NCBI GenBank assembly: GCA_963728125.1
Contig: CAVSIZ010000017.1
Span: 15,923 to 79,922 of the forward strand
DNA length: 64,000 nucleotides
Direction of reading: 5' to 3'
Origin: an uncultured Actinomycetota bacterium
GTDB lineage: Bacteria > Actinomycetota > Actinomycetes > CAWDCV01
In this document: one piece after another, positions 17,346 to 25,987 of the stretch
How positions within the stretch are numbered: the first letter of the stretch is position 1
Layout: each line of letters starts with the position of its first letter
Notes under the pieces: model-generated
Told to the model about the DNA's origin: nothing
The model's database searches: none
The model's input: only the letters and a program-made list of their open reading frames with translations
Made by a program: the position numbers and the translations under genes

Positions 17346-17478
17346 AACCCCCCCTGCAGTTGGTGCACCGTAACCGACACACGGGGGCTCTGCCCCCCGT
17401 GTTCCCCCCGACCCCAAAACCTACCCACGGCTGGTTGCCCCACGTAGGGAATCGGGCCTGCGATAGCCTCAATTCGGG
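17346..17478. promoter_or_regulatory. divergent intergenic region between alpha/beta-hydrolase paralog 3 (-) and DAHP synthase (+), containing a 9-bp-stem hairpin at about 17379-17402
   Basis: Perfect inverted repeat ACACGGGGG / CCCCCGTGT with a short loop. GGGGAGGGGAAG RBS-like stretch lies before the DAHPS start. Confidence 0.3.
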
Positions 17479-18303
17479 TTGGGGAGGGGAAGCCTAGTGA
17501 GCCCGAAATTGATCGAGCACGCTCAGGCACGCGTCGAAGTCGGGGGAATTGCGCTGGGGAGCGCCCACCCGATCCGCGTGATCGCCGGACCGTGCTCCGT
17601 GGAGAGCTTGGAGCAATTCCGCACGACGGCGCAGGCCGTGCACGCGGCCGGCGCTGTACTGCTGCGTGGCGGCGCATTCAAACCGCGAACCTCGCCGTAC
17701 AGCTTTCAGGGGCTCGGCGTCCGCGGCCTGGAGATCATGCGCGAGGTGGCGGACGAGCTCGGGATGGGCGTCGCCACCGAGGCCATGTCGGCGGAGGAGG
17801 TGGTCCTCGTCGCGCGCTACGCCGACATGGTGCAGATCGGCGCGCGAAACATGGACAATCGGCCGCTGCTCGAGGCCGCTGCCGCATCGGGACGACCGAT
17901 CCTGTTGAAGCGAGGAATCACCGCCACCGTCGAGGAAGTCCTCACGGCGGCGGAATACATCGTGGTCCGCGGCAACGACCAGGTAGTGATCTGCGAGCGC
18001 GGCAGTCGGACATTCGAACCGTCCACCAGGAACAGTCTCGACATCGCTGCGGTGTCCGAGCTGAAACTGCGCAGCGACCTGCCGGTCATCGTCGATCCTT
18101 CTCATGGCACCGGTGTTCGCGACCTGGTCGCGCCGGTCGCTCTCGCCGGCATCGCCGCTGGCGCCGACGGCGTGATGGTCGAGGTACATCCGCAGCCCGA
18201 TGCCGCGCTGTCCGATGGCTTCCAGTCCCTCGAGGCGGCCACCTTCCCTGCCTTCATGAGTCGCGTGCGAGCGATGGCGATGGCCATGGGGAGGGCGGTG
18301 TAG
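17479..18303 (+). CDS. 3-deoxy-7-phosphoheptulonate (DAHP) synthase, class I beta (AroG/AroA-type, no chorismate-mutase domain)
   Basis: All catalytic and metal motifs present: [37 protein letters not shown] and MVEVHPQPD. Confidence 0.85.
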   Translation: MGRGSLVSPKLIEHAQARVEVGGIALGSAHPIRVIAGPCSVESLEQFRTTAQAVHAAGAVLLRGGAFKPRTSPYSFQGLGVRGLEIMREVADELGMGVATEAMSAEEVVLVARYADMVQIGARNMDNRPLLEAAAASGRPILLKRGITATVEEVLTAAEYIVVRGNDQVVICERGSRTFEPSTRNSLDIAAVSELKLRSDLPVIVDPSHGTGVRDLVAPVALAGIAAGADGVMVEVHPQPDAALSDGFQSLEAATFPAFMSRVRAMAMAMGRAV

Positions 18304-19941
18304 GTGGCCGCTGCGGCCCCCAACGTGCTGCTGCTCGATCCCGAAGCCACGGAGTCCGAGCTCGCGTCCGTCCTGTCGGCCGCCGGGAGTGCGGTGTCCG
18401 GTCCCCAGGTGACACGTGGGGACGGGTGGGCCGCGATGCCCCTGCTGGGCGACGGAATGCGGTCGGTGGACACCGACCAGTTCGCCGAGCTGCCACCGGT
18501 ACGCCGACTCGTGCAGGTCACGTCGCCGTACCGACTGGCCAGTCGGGAGCTGTTCGACCGCGACGTGGCGGTTCAGGTTCCGCTCCGCGATGACGAGACG
18601 GAATTGTCGGCGGGTCCCGCCTTCGGCGGCCGGTCAGCGCTCGGCATCATCGCGAGCTCCCGCTGGGCGTCGGCGAGCGAGACGCGGCTACAGCATCTCG
18701 CGCCCATGCTGCGTGCGGCCGGCTGCAGCGTCTACCACGCCGGTCGGTTGACGCCCGGGTACGAACGCGCGGGCTCGGGCAGCCTCACCATCGATGCGCT
18801 GCGCCGGCTACGTGAGATCGCCCATGACAGCGACCTGGCGGTCTGCGTCGAGGTGGTGGAGGCGAGCCAGATCGCGTCCGCCGTCGAGCTCGCGGACGTT
18901 TTGCAGGTCGGCAGCGGCAACATGCAGGACTTCAGCCTGCTGCGCGAGATCGGCCGTACGAAGCGGCCAATCATCCTGCGCCGCGGGGTGAGCGCCACGG
19001 TCGAAGAGTTCCTGCTCGCCGCCGAGTACGTCCTCGTGCACGGGAACGGGAAGGTGATCCTCTGCGAGTCGGGGATCCGCACCTTCGCGGCCCTGCAACG
19101 TCCTCGGTTCGAAATCAACGCCATCCCGCTGATCCAGAGCCTGAGCCACCTGCCTCTTATCGCCGACCCGTCGCAGACCGCGCTGCATGCCACCGCAGTC
19201 CCCGCGATGGCGCGCGCCGCGATCGCCGCTGGGGCCGACGGGCTCGTGCTCGAAGTCGGCACGGAGGCGGGGCACGACGCCGAGGGTGCAGCCATCGACC
19301 TGGACAGCATGCGCCGGCTGATGTCGGAGCTTCGACCCATCGCTCGAGCAGTCGGGCGGACCTTCACCGGACGGGGCGTCGATGATTCGTCCCCGCCGTC
19401 CGACGCCATGACCGTCCTGGAACGCACCGACTGCTCCCTGGCCGAGAACATTGAGTCCTACACCGATATGCCCCCACGCCTGGACGTGGTTGGGCAATGG
19501 CGGCTGGTGCCACCCGTACCGTGGTTGAGCCCGCCGCTCGCGCGGGACAGCGAGATCCTCGCGCGCTGCACGAGCTACCTCATGGGGTCGGTGCGGCTGG
19601 CTTGCATGCTGTCGTACGTCGACCTCGGCCGCATCGACTCCACCCTGGCCTCCCTGCTCGAGACCGAGCAGGTGAGTCTCGGCCAGCTGTTCGTGGACCC
19701 GCGGATCGAGCAGCTCGACTACGAGTTCGGGTACAGCGACGCGGAGGGTCCGCTCGACGAGGCCCTGCGGCGGTTCCTGCCCGACGAGCTGCCAATCCTT
19801 TCCCCATATGTATGGCGCAGGTACGAAGCGACCACCCACGGCCAGGTCGCCTTCGTGGTCATCGAGATGCTCCCCATATCGGTGTGGCAGTACCTGCTGA
19901 CCTCGACCCCCGCACCGCCAGTCCGGGAAGGAACAGCCTGA
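18304..19941 (+). CDS. DAHP-synthase-like pseudo-enzyme domain fused to N- and C-terminal domains of unknown function
   Basis: Residues about 100-340 align with the upstream DAHPS (KRPIILRRGVSATVEEFLLAAEYVLVHGNGKVILCESGIRTF versus [42 protein letters not shown]). Catalytic motifs are replaced: GPCS to ASSR, KPRTS to GRLTP, IGARN to VGSGN, DPSH to DPSQ, and EVH to EVG. A C-terminal extension of about 200 aa follows. Start immediately follows the upstream stop. Confidence 0.6.
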   Translation: MAAAAPNVLLLDPEATESELASVLSAAGSAVSGPQVTRGDGWAAMPLLGDGMRSVDTDQFAELPPVRRLVQVTSPYRLASRELFDRDVAVQVPLRDDETELSAGPAFGGRSALGIIASSRWASASETRLQHLAPMLRAAGCSVYHAGRLTPGYERAGSGSLTIDALRRLREIAHDSDLAVCVEVVEASQIASAVELADVLQVGSGNMQDFSLLREIGRTKRPIILRRGVSATVEEFLLAAEYVLVHGNGKVILCESGIRTFAALQRPRFEINAIPLIQSLSHLPLIADPSQTALHATAVPAMARAAIAAGADGLVLEVGTEAGHDAEGAAIDLDSMRRLMSELRPIARAVGRTFTGRGVDDSSPPSDAMTVLERTDCSLAENIESYTDMPPRLDVVGQWRLVPPVPWLSPPLARDSEILARCTSYLMGSVRLACMLSYVDLGRIDSTLASLLETEQVSLGQLFVDPRIEQLDYEFGYSDAEGPLDEALRRFLPDELPILSPYVWRRYEATTHGQVAFVVIEMLPISVWQYLLTSTPAPPVREGTA

Positions 19942-21501
19942 TGACCGACATGCCTCCCGCGTCGGAGAACGGCTCCCGCCTTTACAACGCCGCCGTCGAT
20001 CTGCTCGGACGCAACGCCACCGTGGACCGCCCGTACCTGCTGGCGTCGCAGCGGACATGGAGCTATCCCGAGGTGATTGCGGCCGCCGATGCTGCCGGTG
20101 CGGGTCTGCTCGACCTCGGGCTGGAACCCGGTGACCGGGTCATCCTCACGACGCGGGACCGGCCGGAGTTCGTCATCTCGTTCTGGGGCGCCATCAAGGC
20201 AGGGCTCGTGCCGGTGCCGGTCGCGCCGATGCTGACGGCGGCCGACCTGCACTTCATCCTCACCGACAGCGAGGCTCGGGCGCTGGTCTGCGACGGCTCG
20301 TCGTGTCGCTGCCGCCCAGGTCGCCGCGGACGGCACGGCGGCGACCTGCCTCATGGCCGGCGACGACCCGCCGGCGGGAGTCCGCTCCTGGTCCGACGTG
20401 TGCGCCAAACCGGCGTCGCTCGACGTGGCCCCAACGACTGGCGACGACATCGTGCTGTGGCTGTACACGTCCGGGACGACCGGGTTGCCCAAGGCCACGA
20501 TGCACCGGCATCGCAGCATGCAGGCGGTCAGCGATGGCATGCCGCATCAGATCCTGAAGATGAACGAGGACGATGTCGTGCTGTCGGTGTCGCGGATGTT
20601 CTTCGCGTACGGCCTCGGCAACTCGGTGTACGTGCCGGCCATCTTCGGGTCGTCGGTCATCGTGCGGGAGAACCCCGGCGTACCGGCGATGGTGCAGAAC
20701 CTGTTGAAGAAGACTGAGCCGACGCTGCTGTTCGGCGTGCCGGCGTTCTACCGCGGGTTTGTCGGCCTCGCGAATCCGCAGTTGCCGGCGTCGGTGCGCG
20801 CTGCGGTCAGCGCCGGCGAGGCGCTCGACGTCGAGCTGTTCGAGCGCTTCCGCGCGGCGTTCGGCATTCCTCTGATCGATGCCCTCGGTTCGACCGAGGC
20901 GCTGCACTTCGTCACCTCGAACCGGCCGGACGACGTGGTCCCGGGCAGCGCTGGGCGACCGATGGACGGCTTCCGCATCGAGGCGCGTGATCGCGACGGC
21001 AGGTCCCTGCCCGAAGGCGAGAGCGGCGAGCTGTGGATCAACGGCCCGACGACGTTCGCGGGATACTGGCGTCGCCCAGAGCTCACCGAGCGCGCGTACG
21101 AGGGCTCGTGGATGCGTACCGGCGACCGGGTACGGATCGTCGACGGCCGGCTGTACCACGAGGGTCGCCTCGACGACATGGTCAAGCTCGGCGGGATCTG
21201 GGTCGCCCCGGCCGAGATCGAGGACGTACTGCGCAGCCATGCCGACGTCAGCGACGCGGCCGTCGTGGCGATCGACGACGGGTCGGGCGTGCCCGTGCTC
21301 AAGGCGTACGTGGTGTCGGAGCAGGGTGGTCCCGAGCTGGCGCAGGTGCTGCTGCGCCTGTGCCGCAGCCGGCTCGCCGGGTTCAAGGTGCCGCAGTCGT
21401 ACGACTTCCTCGACGAGTTGCCGCGAACGCCCTCCGGCAAGGTCCGGCGCTTCCTGCTGCGCGACCAGGCCACCGCATCCGCAGGAGCCGCGCGCACCTA
21501 G
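19941..21501 (+). CDS. aryl-CoA ligase (benzoate / 4-hydroxybenzoate-CoA ligase family, AMP-binding), apparent frameshift near 20296
   Basis: N-terminal MTDMPPASENGSRLYNAAVDLLGRN...RDRPEFVISFWGAIKAGLVPVPV in one frame. The remainder (AMP-binding motif LYTSGTTGLPKATMHRH, hinge DDMVKLGGIWVAPAEIE, and C-terminal PRTPSGKVRRFLLRDQ) is in the +1 frame. ATGA overlap with the upstream gene. Confidence 0.7.
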
Positions 21502-22316
21502 TCGCCGGCGCGGGCGCCCTGGGCGGCCGACGCCCGGACGGGCTGGGCCTGACTGGCGAGCCAGGCGCGCCACGACGAGCTGTCGATGTCCGGGCCGACC
21601 GCTACGTGAGCGCCGACCCAGGCACTCACGTAGCGAATGCCGTGCAGCGCGTTCACGATCCACACGGTCCGGCCCGCGAACTCGTCCAGCCGGCAGCAGA
21701 CCTCGCGTACCTCGATCCCACACTCGCGCGCGTGCTGCTGGAGCAGCCGCGTAGTGACGCCCGACAGCGTCGGCAGCGACGACGACGGCAGGCACAACGC
21801 GCCATCCGCCCACCACAGCAGGTTGGACGTCGCCGTCTCCACTACGTGACCAGACGTGCTCCGCAACAGGACATCATCGGCGCCCGCTGCGGCAGCCGCC
21901 TGCCGCCAGTCAGCGAGCACGCCGAGATCGGGACCCTTCCGCCGGGGGACGCGGCGCGGATCCACCGAGTCCGAGACCCGCACGCGGGCCTGCTGGAAGC
22001 GCGGTGGCGCCGACCGCAGGCGCAGCGCCAGCCGACCGCGCGGACGGCTCGCGAGCTCTACCCGCGGGAACCACGTTCCCGTGGACGGCAGCTGGTCGAC
22101 GGCGGCCGCCCAGAACGCCGCCACCGTGGCAGCCGACACGCCGCCGACCTCGGCACATGCCGTGGCAAAGCGCGCTGCATGCAGGTCGAGTCCGCGCACC
22201 GCCCCGTCGTGGAGCAACCACGAGTCAGCAGCGAGCAGCGGCGCATGCGCCGATTCCTGCTCAGGGGCGCTCATGAGGCCAGCAGCCTCGGACCACACGA
22301 GCAGCGAATCAGCCAA
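21498..22316 (-). CDS. class IV aminotransferase-fold protein, aminodeoxychorismate lyase (PabC)-like
   Basis: 272 aa, matching the length of fold-type IV PLP enzymes. ETATSNLL motif. Start overlaps the end of the PabAB gene. Confidence 0.6.
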   Translation of the reverse strand: MADSLLVWSEAAGLMSAPEQESAHAPLLAADSWLLHDGAVRGLDLHAARFATACAEVGGVSAATVAAFWAAAVDQLPSTGTWFPRVELASRPRGRLALRLRSAPPRFQQARVRVSDSVDPRRVPRRKGPDLGVLADWRQAAAAAGADDVLLRSTSGHVVETATSNLLWWADGALCLPSSSLPTLSGVTTRLLQQHARECGIEVREVCCRLDEFAGRTVWIVNALHGIRYVSAWVGAHVAVGPDIDSSSWRAWLASQAQPVRASAAQGARAGD

Positions 22317-24399
22317 GACGCGAAGCCTGCTGTTCGCGTCCGGGGAATGTCGCGCCGAGCAGGCGCAGCAACGGCGCGGCCTTGACCGCGGTCTCCTCGA
22401 ACTCTTCGGCCGGATCGGATAGGGCGACGATCGCGCCGCCGACGCCGTACGTCACCCGCTCCGGCTCGACCACGGTCGTCCTGATCACGATGCTCAGGTC
22501 AGCGGCACCGGACAGCGAGAAGTACCCGATGGCACCGGAGTAGACCCCGCGCGGCCCCGCCTCGAGCGAGTCGATGATCTTCATGGTGCGGATCTTCGGC
22601 GCTCCGGTCATCGAGCCGCCGGGGAACGCCGCGCGCACGCACGCCACCGCCGACGTGTCAGAGCGCAGCGTCGACTGAACGGTGCTCACCAGCTGGTGAA
22701 CGGTCGCGTACGTCTCTACATCGAACAGCTTCGGCACCCGCACCGTGCCGATCTCGGCCGTACGTCCGAGGTCGTTGCGCACCAGGTCGACGATCATCAG
22801 ATTTTCTGAGCGATCCTTTTCGCTCGCGACCAGGTCGTGCCGGAGCAGCTCGTCGGCTTGCGTGGTCTTCCCCCGCGGCCGAGTGCCCTTGATCGGTTTG
22901 GACTCCACCACGGCATCCCTGCCGACGCGCAGGAAGCGCTCGGGCGACGTACTGAGTACCGAGAACCAGCCGCAGCGCAGCAGCGCGCCGAACGGTGTCG
23001 GGTTGACCGCTCGCAGCGCCCGGTAGCTCCGCCACGGGTCGACGGTGCCGCGGGCCTCGATCATGTTGGTGAGGCAGACCTCGTAGGTCTCCCCCGCGAC
23101 GATGGCCTCGTTGCAAGCATCGATCAGCTTCAGGTACTGCTCGCGGTCATGTCGGATGTGGACGTCGGGAAGCGCGGGCAAGTCTTCGGCCGGCGCGGGC
23201 AGCTGACCGACGAGAGAGGTCAGCACCTCCGCCGTGTCGCGCAGCCAGGAACGGGCGGCTTCGTCGTCATCGCCTGAGAGGGCCAGCAGGTACGTCGTCC
23301 ACGACCCGTGATCGAACACGACGGCGCGGTCCGCGAACAGCATCATCGCGTCAGGCTGAGGGGACGTGTGGACGCGATCGCCGCCGCACTCGGACTTGAG
23401 CTCGTAGCCGAGATAGCCCACCCAGCCAAGAGCGAAGTCGAAGGGAAGGCTTGGTACGTCCACATCCAAGCCGCGCAGGTCACGGTCGAGCCAGTCGAGG
23501 AACTCGCTCTGGATGACGTCACCTCCATCCGAGCCCTGCACCGTGACTATGCCCCGCTGGGTGTCAGCGACCACCGTCCGTGCCAGCGGCCCGTCGGCGC
23601 AGCCCATCACCGAATAGCGACCGATGCCGTGGTCCTGCCGACTGCTGTCCAACCAGAACGAAACGTCGCGGTCGCCGAACAGCCTCGCGAAGACGACCTC
23701 GTCGTCCCAGCGCGTCTGCAGCGTCTCGACGTGCACCCGCAGCCGGGTCCGCGACTCCTGCTTCTCCACCCGTGCTGGCGAGGTCGCGGGCTCGGTCCGG
23801 GCGGTCGCCCGCGTCCGGCCCTGATGGCTCCTTGTGAGGTCAGCGAAGTTCGCGAGCAGCCGATGTCCATGCTCGGTGCTGATCGATTCGGGATGGAATT
23901 GCACGCCCCACAGCGGCCGCTGCCGATGCCGCAGCCCCATCAGCACGCCGTCCGGGGTCCAGGCGATGGGTTCGAGATCGTCAGGGAGGTCGGTAGCTGC
24001 TAGCGAGTGATAGCGCACCGCTTCGAATGGCGAGGGCAACCCGGCGAACACGTCGACCTGCTTGTGCAGGACCGGAGATACGCGGCCGTGCCGCGGCTCG
24101 GGGGCCCGACCCACGACACCGCCGAGCAGGTGGGCGATGGCCTGGTGACCGAGGCAGACACCAAGCACCGGCAGGTCGCCCTGCTCGATGATCTCCCGGC
24201 ATAGCCCGATGTCACTGGCGCGCGCTGGCGTTCCCGGGCCGGGCGAGATCACCACGTTGTCGAAGCTGTCGAGCCAGTCGAGTCGCCACGCCGGATCGTC
24301 GTTGCTGATGACCTCCGGCGGGGTCTCGTTCACCTCAGCCAAGTAGTGGAACAGGTTGTACGTGAACGAGTCGTAGTTGTCGACGAGAAGCGTGCGCAT
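22309..24399 (-). CDS. pabAB: aminodeoxychorismate synthase, fused glutamine amidotransferase (PabA) and component I (PabB)
   Basis: N-terminal GATase (MRTLLVDNYDSFTYNLFHYL, GVCLGHQAI with catalytic Cys). C-terminal chorismate-binding domain (KPIKGTRPRGKT, AAFPGGSMTGAPKIRTMKIID, GVYSGAIGYF). Start overlaps the stop of the upstream phosphotransferase (TGATG). Confidence 0.85.
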   Translation of the reverse strand: MRTLLVDNYDSFTYNLFHYLAEVNETPPEVISNDDPAWRLDWLDSFDNVVISPGPGTPARASDIGLCREIIEQGDLPVLGVCLGHQAIAHLLGGVVGRAPEPRHGRVSPVLHKQVDVFAGLPSPFEAVRYHSLAATDLPDDLEPIAWTPDGVLMGLRHRQRPLWGVQFHPESISTEHGHRLLANFADLTRSHQGRTRATARTEPATSPARVEKQESRTRLRVHVETLQTRWDDEVVFARLFGDRDVSFWLDSSRQDHGIGRYSVMGCADGPLARTVVADTQRGIVTVQGSDGGDVIQSEFLDWLDRDLRGLDVDVPSLPFDFALGWVGYLGYELKSECGGDRVHTSPQPDAMMLFADRAVVFDHGSWTTYLLALSGDDDEAARSWLRDTAEVLTSLVGQLPAPAEDLPALPDVHIRHDREQYLKLIDACNEAIVAGETYEVCLTNMIEARGTVDPWRSYRALRAVNPTPFGALLRCGWFSVLSTSPERFLRVGRDAVVESKPIKGTRPRGKTTQADELLRHDLVASEKDRSENLMIVDLVRNDLGRTAEIGTVRVPKLFDVETYATVHQLVSTVQSTLRSDTSAVACVRAAFPGGSMTGAPKIRTMKIIDSLEAGPRGVYSGAIGYFSLSGAADLSIVIRTTVVEPERVTYGVGGAIVALSDPAEEFEETAVKAAPLLRLLGATFPGREQQASRLG

Positions 24400-25853
24400 C
24401 AGTGCGCCCCGACGCCGCGGATGACGGCGCGCCCGGTCTTCCACAAGATGTGCAGGTCGAGCGGCAGCGACCAGTTCTCGACGTACCGCAGGTCGATGAG
24501 CACCGAGTCCTCCCACGACAGGCTGGCCCGGCCACTCACCTGCCACAGACCCGTGAGCCCCGGCTTCACCAGCAACCGCCGTCGTACGTCGTCGCCGTAC
24601 TGCGCGACCTCGCAGGGCAGCGGCGGGCGCGGGCCCACGAGCGACATCTGGCCCAGCAACACGTTGACCAGCTGCGGCAGCTCATCCAGTGACCAGCGGC
24701 GCAGGAACCGCCCAACCGGCGTGATGCGCGGATCGTGGCGCATCTTGAAGAGCACGCCGTCGTGATCGTTGCGATCGAGGAGGTAGTCCCGCTGGCGCTC
24801 CGCACCGACGACCATCGTGCGGAACTTGTAGATGGTGAACGTTCGGGAGTTGATGCCGACCCGGGTCTGCCGGAACAGCGGTGGGCCGCCGTCGGCCAGC
24901 CAGATCCAGCACCCGATCGCCACCATCACCGGGGCCAGCAGGACAAGCCCCACGGCCGCAACCGACCGGTCGTAGACGGCCTTGGTGACCTTGCCCGCTC
25001 CGGACAGCCGCGGGCGCTCGACGTGCAGGAGCGGGAGTCCAGCGACCGGTCGAACCGTGATGCGCGGTCCCGCGACCTCGATCAGTCCCGATCCGACGAC
25101 CAGGTCTGTCTCGGATGTCTCGAGCGACCAGGCGAGACGGCGCAGTGCAGCGCCGGACAGTTCCGCGTTGGACAGCACCGCGACCGTATCCGCGTGGACG
25201 TCGCGCACGGCTTGGGCAACCGTGCTGAAGGTCCCGACGACCGGAACGCTGGGATCGAGATCGGTGGGCCGCTCGGCGTTCTCCGGCAGACACACGCCGG
25301 CGACAGACAAGCCGTGCGCCTTCTCCCGGCGCAGCTGCCGAACGCAGTCGGACACCGCCCACGGCGCGCCCACCACGATGGTGCGATGCACGCACTGCCC
25401 GGCTCGGCGTTGCCGCCGCAGCCGGATTCGTAGTGCCCAGCGAGCAAGCAGGTCGAGAACGATGACGAGTGGGATCGCGACCAGGACGTAGCCACGCGCG
25501 ATCTCGGCGTCGGTCGCGTACGAGACGAACGCCACCACGGCCATGAGCGCCACGCCGGCGTGGAGCACGCGACGCAACTCCTCGGTGCCGACGCCCATGT
25601 ATCGCCGCTCGTACGCCCGATTCGCGGCGACGATGGCCACCCACACCAGGGGAAAGAGCGCCGATCCGATGAGGTACGCCGGCTGCAGCGGGGCATCGCC
25701 GGATCTCGATGACAGCGCGACGATCGCGGCAATGCCCGCAACGACCGCATCAGCCGCGACCGCGTTCGCGATGTAGGAGACCTGCCAGTCGCGGGTGTCG
25801 GCATCGGCAGGGGACGTGGCCACGCTCGAGTCAGGCAGGCCGAGGATCGACAT
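24399..25853 (-). CDS. polyprenyl-phosphate sugar phosphotransferase (WbaP/CpsE-like initiating glycosylphosphotransferase), copy 1
   Basis: Five N-terminal TM helices. C-terminal catalytic domain RTFTIYKFRTM...HDPRITPVGRFLRRWSLDELPQL...GQMSLVGPRP...KPGLTGLWQV. Confidence 0.85.
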   Translation of the reverse strand: MSILGLPDSSVATSPADADTRDWQVSYIANAVAADAVVAGIAAIVALSSRSGDAPLQPAYLIGSALFPLVWVAIVAANRAYERRYMGVGTEELRRVLHAGVALMAVVAFVSYATDAEIARGYVLVAIPLVIVLDLLARWALRIRLRRQRRAGQCVHRTIVVGAPWAVSDCVRQLRREKAHGLSVAGVCLPENAERPTDLDPSVPVVGTFSTVAQAVRDVHADTVAVLSNAELSGAALRRLAWSLETSETDLVVGSGLIEVAGPRITVRPVAGLPLLHVERPRLSGAGKVTKAVYDRSVAAVGLVLLAPVMVAIGCWIWLADGGPPLFRQTRVGINSRTFTIYKFRTMVVGAERQRDYLLDRNDHDGVLFKMRHDPRITPVGRFLRRWSLDELPQLVNVLLGQMSLVGPRPPLPCEVAQYGDDVRRRLLVKPGLTGLWQVSGRASLSWEDSVLIDLRYVENWSLPLDLHILWKTGRAVIRGVGAH

Positions 25854-25987
25854 GACCCCATCCCCCCACGACGTGGCCTCTCCCCCCGAAGAAGCTTGCC
25901 CGGCGTTGGCTTGCCCAGGGCCAACGTGATGTCTGAATTCAAGCAGATGTGCCGCTCGGACCAGTGGGCGGCCGGTTGCGGCGCGTC

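Noticed and set aside
18808-21816. Long minus-strand ORFs (18808-20058, 19719-20540, 20260-21816) opposite the DAHPS-like and CoA-ligase genes
   Set aside because: They overlap plus-strand genes that have clear AMP-binding and DAHPS motifs. The translations are Arg/Gly/Pro-rich with no recognisable domains.
22309-24399. Calling PabAB an anthranilate synthase (TrpE-TrpG) instead
   Set aside because: The adjacent fold-type-IV lyase and the lack of trp genes favour aminodeoxychorismate synthase. I cannot exclude anthranilate or another chorismate-utilising activity without phylogeny, so this is kept as a caveat rather than a call.
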